DNA of 43,322 nucleotides from a virus: IMG/VR virus record IMGVR_UViG_3300045988_014780, positions 1 to 43,322 of that record; one strand, 5' to 3'. Shown piece by piece: positions 27,309 to 34,311 of this stretch (position 1 is its first letter; each line of letters starts with the position of its first letter). The notes under the pieces were generated by a model. It saw only the letters and a program-made list of their open reading frames with translations, ran no database searches and was not told where the DNA came from. The position numbers and the translations under genes were made by a program.

Positions 27309-28030
27309 GCTACACGATAAAGGAGCAGCTGGCGAACTCCGGGAACTACGGCGGTTCCCGGAACGCCAGCCAGATCAAGTACCTGATCTTCCATTACACT
27401 GGAAATGATGGGGACAAGGCGGCCAATAATGCCGCGTACTTCCAGCAGAACATCGTCAAGGCATCCGCCCACTATTTCGTGGACGATACCACGGTCTGGA
27501 GGTCTGTGCCAGACCTGAAGGTGGCCTGGGCGGTGGGTGGCAGCAAGTATCCCAACGCCGACAAGACCGGCGGCGGGACCATGCATGGGATCATCACCAA
27601 CACCAACTCCATCAGCATCGAGATGTGCGATACCATCCGGAACGGTGTCTACCAGGCCAGCGAGGCCACCCTGGCCAACGCTGCCGCCCTGGGCCGGACA
27701 CTGATGGAAAAGTACGGCATCCCCATTGAGAACGTGTACCGCCACTTTGATGTGACCGGGAAGCACTGCCCGAGCTATCTCATCAACGCCCGGAAGTGGG
27801 CGGAGTTCAAAGAGAGATTGGAGGAGCCTATGGACATTGAGCAATTGACAGAGGAGCAGCTTCTGCGGCTGGCGGAGCGGATGCAGGCGGCCCTTGGAAA
27901 GCGCCCTCTTGGAAGCACCCTGGCGCTGGAACTGGAGGAGGCAAAGGCTCTGGGGATTACGGACGGAAGCAGCCCCAACGCCTTCTGCACCCGCGCCCAG
28001 GCAGCGGTGATGGTGAAGAGGGCGAAATAG
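27305..28030 (+). CDS. Endolysin: N-acetylmuramoyl-L-alanine amidase (Amidase_2/PGRP) with short SLH-like C-terminal motif
   Basis: 241 aa. IKYLIFHYTGN...AHYFVDD...ISIEMC...VYRHFDVTGKHCP is the Amidase_2 signature. C-terminal GITDGSSPNAFCTRAQAAVMVKRA is SLH-like. Confidence 0.9.
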   Translation: MSYTIKEQLANSGNYGGSRNASQIKYLIFHYTGNDGDKAANNAAYFQQNIVKASAHYFVDDTTVWRSVPDLKVAWAVGGSKYPNADKTGGGTMHGIITNTNSISIEMCDTIRNGVYQASEATLANAAALGRTLMEKYGIPIENVYRHFDVTGKHCPSYLINARKWAEFKERLEEPMDIEQLTEEQLLRLAERMQAALGKRPLGSTLALELEEAKALGITDGSSPNAFCTRAQAAVMVKRAK

Positions 28031-28079
28031 GAAAAGACTGCGGAGCGGATGGAATAACAGGAAAGAAGGACGTGAGACT

Positions 28080-28331
28080 GTGAGCGCAAGAGTGAAACTG
28101 CCTGACCCACTGGACAAGCTTTTGCGCTCTCAGCTTGAGAGAGCCATCTATGAAGCCGCCTTACACGAGGATGACGAATTTATAGCGAAACGGCGCATCA
28201 TTGATAAGGTAGACCAAATCGAAGTTGCCACCGATCTCGGTTGGTATCGCGGTGCTGTCAGCACTCATGAAAAGTACATCTTTCAACGGGTTGCCGATGT
28301 AGCAAAGCGGCTTTATCCAAACTCAGCATAA
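28080..28331 (+). CDS. Small HTH protein (sigma-70 region-4-like), tentative
   Basis: 83 aa with GTG start. EFIAKRRIIDKVDQIEVATDLGWYRGAVSTHEKYIFQRV resembles a region-4 HTH. Confidence 0.35.
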   Translation: MSARVKLPDPLDKLLRSQLERAIYEAALHEDDEFIAKRRIIDKVDQIEVATDLGWYRGAVSTHEKYIFQRVADVAKRLYPNSA

Positions 28332-28353
28332 ATCAAGCATAAGTCTTACATAA

Positions 28354-28388
28354 CCCCGACTGGGACCACCCCCAGCCGGGGATTTTTT
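28354..28388 (+). terminator. Rho-independent terminator
   Basis: CCCCGACTGGG / CCCAGCCGGGG stem (one mismatch) followed by ATTTTTTGTG. Confidence 0.7.
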
Positions 28389-28489
28389 GTGAGAAAATTT
28401 AAGCATGGAGGACGTAAGGGACAAGGGCTGGTACACGTCGCCGCCCTCCTTGCGGCCTCCTGATTTCTTAACATAAGGACGTGTTTGAT

Positions 28490-28660
28490 TTGATTTTGAA
28501 TGGTTCAGAACTGGTGGCCCGGCTGGTGGCCTGCGGCTTCACGGAATCCAGCGCGTGGGACATTTGCATGAAATATGCCACTGACGGAAATTACTCCGGC
28601 CTGGAAGGATACATCCACCAGCAGGAGCTTTTGTATGATGACCGAAAGCAATATGTTTGA
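28490..28660 (+). CDS. Small hypothetical protein (56 aa, below the ORF-track cut-off)
   Basis: My own translation from TTG 28490: ILNGSELVARLVACGFTESSAWDICMKYATDGNYSGLEGYIHQQELLYDDRKQYV. AAGGA lies 11 nt upstream. Confidence 0.3.
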   Translation: MILNGSELVARLVACGFTESSAWDICMKYATDGNYSGLEGYIHQQELLYDDRKQYV

Positions 28661-29015
28661 ATTTTACAATTCGAACCCCTACGAGAAAAATGTGGGGGAT
28701 TGTACCGTCCGGGCCATCTCGAAGGCGCTGGAGCAGGACTGGTACAGGACATACCTTGGCCTCTGCATTGAGGGAGCTGTGAGAGGCGATATGCCAAGCG
28801 CAAACGCCACATGGGGGGCTTATCTCCGACGGCATGGCTTTCAGCGTGACATGGCACCTGAGGACATGACCGTGGCAGAGTTCGCGATGGGGCATCCGCA
28901 CGGCACTTACATCCTGGCCCTGTCTGGGCATGTAGTATGCCTGCAGGATGGTGTGATCTACGATACGTGGCACAGCGAGAACGAGACCGTACTTTACTTC
29001 TGGCAGAAAGGATGA
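28635..29015 (+). CDS. Putative papain-like (Cys-His) peptidase-fold protein
   Basis: ATG 28635 (listed ORF starts at 28575). GDCTVRAISKA (candidate Cys) and SGHVVCLQDGVIYDTWHS (candidate His). Assignment is from the motif pattern only. Confidence 0.4.
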   Translation: MMTESNMFEFYNSNPYEKNVGDCTVRAISKALEQDWYRTYLGLCIEGAVRGDMPSANATWGAYLRRHGFQRDMAPEDMTVAEFAMGHPHGTYILALSGHVVCLQDGVIYDTWHSENETVLYFWQKG

Positions 29016-29021
29016 CGTGAG

Positions 29022-29429
29022 ATGCCGAACTATCCCTATTACTATCAGCCGTACCAACCGTATCAGCCGCCTATGGCGGACCAGCTGACACAACTGCGGC
29101 AGTCCTATCAGCCCATGCAGCAGCCGCAGCAAGCCCCGGCGTCACCGTCTATTGTGTGGGTGCAGAGTGAGATGGAGGCGGCAAATTATCTGGTGGCGCC
29201 TAACTCTGCCGTTACCTTGTGGGACAGTAACGCCCCAGTGGTCTATCTCAAACAGGCGGACGCAAGCGGCAAGCCCAGCATGAAGATATATGACCTTGTA
29301 GAGCGCAATCAGCGGCCCGTACAGGCCCCGCAGGTTCCGGCGGTAGAGTATGCGCCCCTGTCTCGTCTGGAGGCATTGGAGGCCCGCCTGGATGCGCTGG
29401 CGGCAAAAGATAAGGAGGATGCGGAATGA
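29022..29429 (+). CDS. P/Y/Q-rich low-complexity N-terminus protein, unknown function
   Basis: 135 aa. N-terminal MPNYPYYYQPYQPYQPP...QPMQQPQQ, then a globular segment and a coiled-coil tail. Confidence 0.6.
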   Translation: MPNYPYYYQPYQPYQPPMADQLTQLRQSYQPMQQPQQAPASPSIVWVQSEMEAANYLVAPNSAVTLWDSNAPVVYLKQADASGKPSMKIYDLVERNQRPVQAPQVPAVEYAPLSRLEALEARLDALAAKDKEDAE

Positions 29430-29647
29430 ATCCCTTTTTCCAGGCGATGGGCGGCAACAGACAGCCCAACATGATGCAGCAGTTTCAGCAGTTCATGAAT
29501 CAAATGAAAGGCAAGGACCCCAACGCCATGATACAAGAGATGGTATCCTCTGGACGCATTTCCCAAGATCAGCTTAACCAAGTCCAGAATCAGGCCCAGC
29601 AGATGCAGGGCATGTTTGAGGGAATGCGGGGAATGTTTGGGAAGTAA
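29426..29647 (+). CDS. Q/M-rich small protein, unknown function
   Basis: 73 aa. ATGA overlap with the upstream gene. Contains NMMQQFQQFMNQMKG...QLNQVQNQAQQMQGMF. Confidence 0.55.
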   Translation: MNPFFQAMGGNRQPNMMQQFQQFMNQMKGKDPNAMIQEMVSSGRISQDQLNQVQNQAQQMQGMFEGMRGMFGK

Positions 29648-29738
29648 CCATTTCTAAACCAATTTTTAAACCATTTCAAACCATTTAATCAAAATCCCGG
29701 CCGGGTTTTGAAAATAAATCTACAAAGGAGATAACACA

Positions 29739-30497
29739 ATGAGTCTTTCTTCTGACGGCGCTGTGATGACCATGCCCGTGACTCCTGCCTATCAGGGCGG
29801 AAACGGCGGTTTCGGCGGCTGGGGCGGCGATTGGGCCTCCTGGATTATCCTGTTCCTGATCTTCGGTATGTTCGGCTGGGGCGGCTATGGCGGCGGCTGG
29901 GGTGGTAACTCCGGCAATGGCCTGGGTTCTCCCTCCGGTCAGGGCTGGGCCACCAGGGCCGACATCAACGAGGGCTTCGCCCTGAACGGTCTCCAGAACG
30001 GCCAGACCTCCATCCGGGATGCCGTGAGCAACGGTTTCCACAGTGTTGATAATTCCATCTGTAATCTGGGGTATCAGCTGCAGGATTGCTGCTGCCAGAC
30101 CCAGCGGGCAGTTGATGGCGTGAATTACAACATGGCTACTCAGGCCAATGGTATCCAGAACGCCATTCAGGGTGTGCGGTACGACATGGCTACCCAGGCC
30201 TGCGATACCCGCAACACCATCCAGAACAGCACGCGGGACATCATCGACAACGCCAACGCCAACAGCCGCGCAATCCTGGACTTCCTAACCCAGGACAAGA
30301 TCGCTACTCTGACGGCTGAAAACCAGAGCCTGAAATTCCAGGCTTCTCAGGCGGCTCAGAATGCTTTCATCACCGCCAATCAGGAGGCGCAGACTGCCGA
30401 GCTGATCCGCCGCATCAATCCCATGCCGGTCCCGGCCTATCAGGTGCCCAATCCTTATGCCGGATGTGGCTGCAACCCCTGCGGCTGCGGCTGCTAA
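29739..30497 (+). CDS. Gly-rich membrane-anchored, Cys-rich protein (YjcZ-like N-terminus, GCGCNPCGCGC C-terminus)
   Basis: 252 aa. RBS AAAGGAG. GGNGGFGGWGGDWASWIILFLIFGMFGWGGYGGGWGG, then QDCCCQTQ and a terminal AGCGCNPCGCGC. Confidence 0.65.
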   Translation: MSLSSDGAVMTMPVTPAYQGGNGGFGGWGGDWASWIILFLIFGMFGWGGYGGGWGGNSGNGLGSPSGQGWATRADINEGFALNGLQNGQTSIRDAVSNGFHSVDNSICNLGYQLQDCCCQTQRAVDGVNYNMATQANGIQNAIQGVRYDMATQACDTRNTIQNSTRDIIDNANANSRAILDFLTQDKIATLTAENQSLKFQASQAAQNAFITANQEAQTAELIRRINPMPVPAYQVPNPYAGCGCNPCGCGC

Positions 30498-30609
30498 AAT
30501 CCAATACATCAACTTGTAAGAAAGGCTTACATGTTCGGCCCCGTGCCGATTTTGAACCATGCGGCGGGGCAACAGCCTCGCCGCTATCTTTTTGAAAGGA
30601 ATGAAGTTT

Positions 30610-31032
30610 ATGGCTGAATTTACTGGAGTATTTGTCCAGCAGGTGGCCGCTAACCAGAACGTGGTCTTTACGGAGACGCCTGTCAGCGGGTCTAATTGCA
30701 TCGTGCACCGTGACGGCTCCGGCATCGTTACCCTGCGTGGAATGACGAATCAGTGCCGCGCCCGCTATAAGGTGGTTTTCGGCAGCAACATTGCAATTCC
30801 CACCGGCGGCGCGGTAGGCCCTATCTCCGTTGCCATCGCTGTGGAGGGAGAGGCACTGGGCAGCGCTACTGCTATTGTGACCCCTGCCGCGGTGGACGAG
30901 TTTTTCAACGTGTTTGCTGCGGCCTTTATTGAGGTCCCCCGTGGCTGCTGCGTGACTGTGGCAGTCAAAAATACCAGCGCGGAGACGATTGAGGTTGAAA
31001 ATGCTAATCTGATCGTTGAGCGCGTGGCTTGA
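30610..31032 (+). CDS. BclA C-terminal-domain-like (C1q/TNF-like jelly-roll) protein, tentative
   Basis: 140 aa. The end ...VAVKNTSAETIEVENANLIVERVA parallels the B. anthracis BclA CTD ending ...TSASIIIEKVA recalled from memory. Beta-rich pattern throughout. Confidence 0.5.
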   Translation: MAEFTGVFVQQVAANQNVVFTETPVSGSNCIVHRDGSGIVTLRGMTNQCRARYKVVFGSNIAIPTGGAVGPISVAIAVEGEALGSATAIVTPAAVDEFFNVFAAAFIEVPRGCCVTVAVKNTSAETIEVENANLIVERVA

Positions 31033-31045
31033 AAGGAGAGTCAAC

Positions 31046-31444
31046 ATGTATATGCACGAACTGAAAGAAAAGCTCTGCGAAGAGTTGGAGGAGATCGCCC
31101 GCAAGCCGGAGATGTCTGCTGGTGACCTTGAAGCTGCTCACAAGCTGACCGACACCATCAAGAACATCGACAAGATCGAGATGCTGGAAGAGGACGGTGG
31201 ATACAGCCGGGCTGGGGACTGGGAGGCCGATATGCGCGGCACTTATGCCCGCGGCTCCAGCTACCGTGGCCGGAAGCGGGACTCCATGGGGCGGTATAGT
31301 CGGGATGGGCGCATGGGCGGATACAGCCGCCACGACGCCAAAGAGGCTATGATGGAACAGGCCCGCGAAATGATGGAGGACGCGACCAACGAAAGGGAGC
31401 GTGAAGCCATCCGCCGGTTTATGACTGAGCTGGAACGGGATTGA
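31046..31444 (+). CDS. Charged protein with GYSR/RYSR repeats, unknown function
   Basis: 132 aa. RBS AAAGGAGAG. Contains GGYSRAGD...SSYRGRKRDSMGRYSRDGRMGGYSRHD. Confidence 0.6.
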   Translation: MYMHELKEKLCEELEEIARKPEMSAGDLEAAHKLTDTIKNIDKIEMLEEDGGYSRAGDWEADMRGTYARGSSYRGRKRDSMGRYSRDGRMGGYSRHDAKEAMMEQAREMMEDATNEREREAIRRFMTELERD

Positions 31445-31459
31445 TAGGGGGTGCCCCCT

Positions 31460-31801
31460 ATGCTAGACCCCAAAGAGATCGACATTGAGATTGCTCGTCT
31501 GGAGTACGGAGAGAGCAGCTATCCCGCATACGCTAAATTGGCAACCTTGTACACCATCAAAAACCAGATGCAGAAGCAAGAACCGGAAATGCAAAATCGC
31601 ACCTATGAGCAAGCCTATTCTGCGGCTCCGGCTGAAATACCTGTAGAGGTCGGGAGATACGGAGACAGCGAATTTCTCCGCGAGGTTGAAGGGAGAAACG
31701 AGGAGCAGGTATGGGGCATTATGGATGACTTGATGGACACGCTGCAGGTTGCTAATCCCCGTGTGTATAACGGGGTAATGCGAAAAATACGGTCCCTATA
31801 A
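31460..31801 (+). CDS. Hypothetical protein (last gene of the cargo cassette)
   Basis: 113 aa from ATG 31460 (GTG 31451 is also possible). Confidence 0.6.
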   Translation: MLDPKEIDIEIARLEYGESSYPAYAKLATLYTIKNQMQKQEPEMQNRTYEQAYSAAPAEIPVEVGRYGDSEFLREVEGRNEEQVWGIMDDLMDTLQVANPRVYNGVMRKIRSL

Positions 31802-31806
31802 AAATT

Positions 31807-31833
31807 TCCGCCCTCAGAAATGGGGGCGGATTT
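31807..31833 (+). terminator. Terminator after the cargo cassette
   Basis: TCCGCCC / GGGCGGA stem with a 10-nt loop, followed by TTT. Confidence 0.5.
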
Positions 31834-31854
31834 CATCTGTAATTTCATCTGTAA
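31831..31854. repeat. Tandem 12-bp direct repeat TTTCATCTGTAA x2 (candidate integrase arm-type sites)
   Basis: Read directly. Lies in the AT-rich attP arm between the cargo terminator and the tRNA-like core. Confidence 0.6.
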
Positions 31855-31950
31855 TTGTATGTAAATTTATATGATTTTGTGTTAAGACATATAACGAACA
31901 GTGATATTTTTCAGAAAACTGAAAACGGCTAAAAGCACTGCGGCACAAGG

Positions 31951-31985
31951 AAAAGCCTCGCAACCGTCACGGCTGCGAGGCTTTC
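31951..31985. terminator. Bidirectional terminator hairpin adjacent to the attP core
   Basis: AAAGCCTCGCAACCG-TCA-CGGCTGCGAGGCTTT: 13-bp stem with one mismatch, flanked by an A-tract and a T-tract. Confidence 0.65.
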
Positions 31986-31990
31986 TGCTT

Positions 31991-32020
31991 TGGTGACCCG
32001 TCGGGGATTCGAACCCCGAT
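31991..32020 (-). other. attP core: 3' end of a tRNA gene (T-arm + acceptor 3' strand + CCA), not an intact tRNA
   Basis: The reverse complement reads atCGGGGTTCGAATCCCCGACGGGTCACCA, i.e. T-stem CGGGG/CCCCG, T-loop TTCGAAT, acceptor ACGGGTC, discriminator A and CCA. Lies 39 nt downstream of the int stop. Confidence 0.7.
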
Positions 32021-32058
32021 AGTTAATGAATAAAACTATTGGAAATAAAGGAATTTCT

Positions 32059-33075
32059 CTAATCTGTCTGTAAATTTATCTGCAATTTGGATTCGAAATA
32101 GCTATTTACTTTGCGCGCGGTTGCCCTTTGTTCGGAGCTGATTGTATGCTGGTAGACGGTTTTTAACATATTGTCAGTGGCGTGTCCCATGCGCTCCTCC
32201 GCGTACTTGTTTGGTATTCCAAGGGCTAGCATGACGGAGGCGTTAATATGGCGCAGATCGTGGAAGCGGTAGTGCTGAACGCCAGCCTTTTTGCAGATGG
32301 TTTGGAATCGACAATACAGGGCGCGGCGTGAAAGATTTACAATATACTCCCCATTATGCGGTGCTGCTGCAATCAAATTTTGAAGATACTGTGGGAGATC
32401 AAGGTCCCGTTTGGAGATATATGTTTTGGTCGTCTTAACGCCTTCGTCCACTTTTGCGCGCCGGATGTGGAGGACATCACCGTCAACATCTTCCCACTTG
32501 AGGCCCAAGATTTCAGACATACGCAAACCAAGCCAGAGAGCAAGCATAATCGGGAGCTCGTTTTCGGTGTCCTTACACGCCTTCATGATGGCGCCTATAT
32601 CATCATCTGACGGGATAGAAATTTCATAGCGTACCTTTTGCGGGAGAGTGGTTCTAAGAGCTATGTCTGGCCTGTAAACTGCTAATGTAGCACTTAGTAG
32701 TCCATGAGCGTTTCGGACAGTCTTGGGAGATTTATTCCGAGCCATCATATTGATAGACCGCTGGACGATTTGCGGCGTGAGGCGGTCCAAATCAATATCC
32801 ATGATGTCCTGTAAAGCGTTCGCACGTATCCTCTTATATCCGGCAATTGTGGCTGGAGACAAAACGGCGTCCTTACTTTCTACATATTGGTCTATAGCCT
32901 CACCAACAGTTAGTCCGGTCTTTTTCCTGGCCGCTTTAGCTCCGGACTTTATCGCTGCTGCCTGATTTTCTGCCTCTTTTTTTGTTGGAGCGGTAATGGA
33001 TATTCTCTCCCCGGCTATCATAACGCTAACATTCCAGTTACCAGATGGGAGCTTTTTGGCGCTTGGCAGCTTCAA
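32059..33075 (-). CDS. int: Tyrosine integrase (phage integrase family, AP2-like arm-binding N-terminus)
   Basis: About 338 aa. ...LRMSEILGLKWEDV..., HYRFHDLRHINAS, ERMGHATDNMLKTVYQH (R..HxxR..H..Y). TTG 33075 lies 8 nt after AGGAGG (the listed GTG at 33084 overlaps the RBS). Confidence 0.95.
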   Translation of the reverse strand: MKLPSAKKLPSGNWNVSVMIAGERISITAPTKKEAENQAAAIKSGAKAARKKTGLTVGEAIDQYVESKDAVLSPATIAGYKRIRANALQDIMDIDLDRLTPQIVQRSINMMARNKSPKTVRNAHGLLSATLAVYRPDIALRTTLPQKVRYEISIPSDDDIGAIMKACKDTENELPIMLALWLGLRMSEILGLKWEDVDGDVLHIRRAKVDEGVKTTKTYISKRDLDLPQYLQNLIAAAPHNGEYIVNLSRRALYCRFQTICKKAGVQHYRFHDLRHINASVMLALGIPNKYAEERMGHATDNMLKTVYQHTISSEQRATARKVNSYFESKLQINLQTD

Positions 33076-33125
33076 GCAGATCACCTCCTAAGAGTACGCC
33101 GCCAGGGGAGACCTGACGGCGGTTT

Positions 33126-33392
33126 TTATTGGGCTTTCTTGAGATCGTTAATCTGGTTAGTGTGCATACGGATAATATCCTTGAGGAAAGCGATTTCTTC
33201 TTTCATGCTGTCAATCTCGTCTCTGGTAATTAACTTCTTGTTGATAGAGGAGATGTTTTCAGCCATAGCCTGCATATTTGGACGGATTTCATTTTCAAGC
33301 GTCAGATTGATTTTGGAAATTTCCTGCGATACGGTGTCTAACTTTTTTCCCTGCGCTTCCAGTAATTCTAAAATCTTTTCTTCGTTCGTCAT
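33126..33392 (-). CDS. Coiled-coil small protein, unknown function
   Basis: 88 aa. RBS AAAGGAG. Ends ...HTNQINDLKKAQ and is a paralogue of the interrupted ORF upstream. Confidence 0.6.
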   Translation of the reverse strand: MTNEEKILELLEAQGKKLDTVSQEISKINLTLENEIRPNMQAMAENISSINKKLITRDEIDSMKEEIAFLKDIIRMHTNQINDLKKAQ

Positions 33393-33404
33393 GGAAAAGC
33401 TCCT

Positions 33405-33659
33405 TTATTGCGCTTTCTTCAACTCATTGATCTGCTGAGTATGTAACTCCACCGATTTTTCCAGATCGTCCACCCGGTCCTCCAAGATGTCTATGGCCTC
33501 TTTAGGGACAGGATTGATCTGCTCACTGAGGGCTTGGAATTTGGGGTCAAAGTAGGCTTCCATGAGTACCATAGTTTCGCTGATGATTTCTTTTTTCTAC
33601 TGGGCCATTTTAGAGTCCATTAACTGTGCAATAGCCTGTAAGTCTTTTTCGTCTAACAT
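33405..33659 (-). pseudogene. Paralogue of 33126-33392 interrupted by an in-frame TAG at codon 21 (33597-33599)
   Basis: My own translation: MLDEKDLQAIAQLMDSKMAQ*KKEIISETMVLMEAYFDPKFQALSEQINPVPKEAIDILEDRVDDLEKSVELHTQQINELKKAQ. A 55-aa ORF from ATG 33572 remains intact. Confidence 0.5.
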
Positions 33660-33695
33660 TTTGGTCTCTTTATCAAAAGGGATATCTGAATTTTT

Positions 33696-34295
33696 TTAAT
33701 CTGCCATTTCGCTAGAATGTGCTTCTTGGATAATGTCACCAGTATCGGCATTTACAAAAGAAACTGTCACATCGTCAACCGGGGTCCCGTTAAACGCATT
33801 ATACAGGCCTCCCAAGACATAGAAGCCAAGTACAGAAACAGACTCGGAAATCCCAACTTCGTTAGTAGATAACTTAACAGTAAAGTGCGTGTAATCATCG
33901 TTGGATGTCACTTCTACAAATGTGGGATATGTCTCCGGATCAATCATTTCCGCCATGGATTCATCAATACTTTCGCGGATGCCGGCCATCATTTCGTCGT
34001 GCTTGGATTTTGACATGATGTAAGTCGCACTGCCATCATCATTTAACGTAATAGACTTAATTCCCTCTTCTTTCGCGGTTTCATCAAGGGCTTCTTGGGT
34101 TGTTCCTTCTTCCAGGAAATCAGCAGGTACAATGATTTCTACATTCAATAATCCTTCGTCTACCTCAATAGATTGAGTTTCTTCGTTTTCAGAGTCTCCT
34201 TCTGTGTTCTGCTGCGCATCATTAGAAGAGCCTCCGCACCCAGCAAGAGATAAACAAATGATTATTGACAAAGCAAAAAATATCGTTTTCTTCAT
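33696..34295 (-). CDS. Lipoprotein (candidate superinfection-exclusion factor)
   Basis: MKKTIFFALSIIICLSLAGCGG has signal peptide and lipobox L-A-G-C. ATG 34295 lies after GGAGA. Acidic mature domain. AT-rich gene. Confidence 0.75.
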   Translation of the reverse strand: MKKTIFFALSIIICLSLAGCGGSSNDAQQNTEGDSENEETQSIEVDEGLLNVEIIVPADFLEEGTTQEALDETAKEEGIKSITLNDDGSATYIMSKSKHDEMMAGIRESIDESMAEMIDPETYPTFVEVTSNDDYTHFTVKLSTNEVGISESVSVLGFYVLGGLYNAFNGTPVDDVTVSFVNADTGDIIQEAHSSEMAD

Positions 34296-34311
34296 CTTCA
34301 ATTCTCCAGTT

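Noticed and set aside
31991-32020. Intact tRNA gene
   Set aside because: Only the T-arm, acceptor 3' strand and CCA are present. The sequence that would encode the D and anticodon arms (32021-32065) is AT-rich and cannot fold as a tRNA. It is interpreted as the attP core.
33126-33392. Excisionase assignment for the small genes next to int
   Set aside because: The 88-aa protein and its amber-interrupted paralogue are coiled-coil proteins with no HTH or winged-helix pattern. No convincing xis could be identified anywhere from sequence alone.
33597-33599. In-frame TAG as evidence of amber stop-codon reassignment
   Set aside because: TAG is used as the terminator of well-supported genes: the endolysin at 28028-28030, the tail gene at 23137-23139 and the small ORF at 13563-13565. 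A single internal TAG is better explained by a pseudogene, a variant or local read-through.
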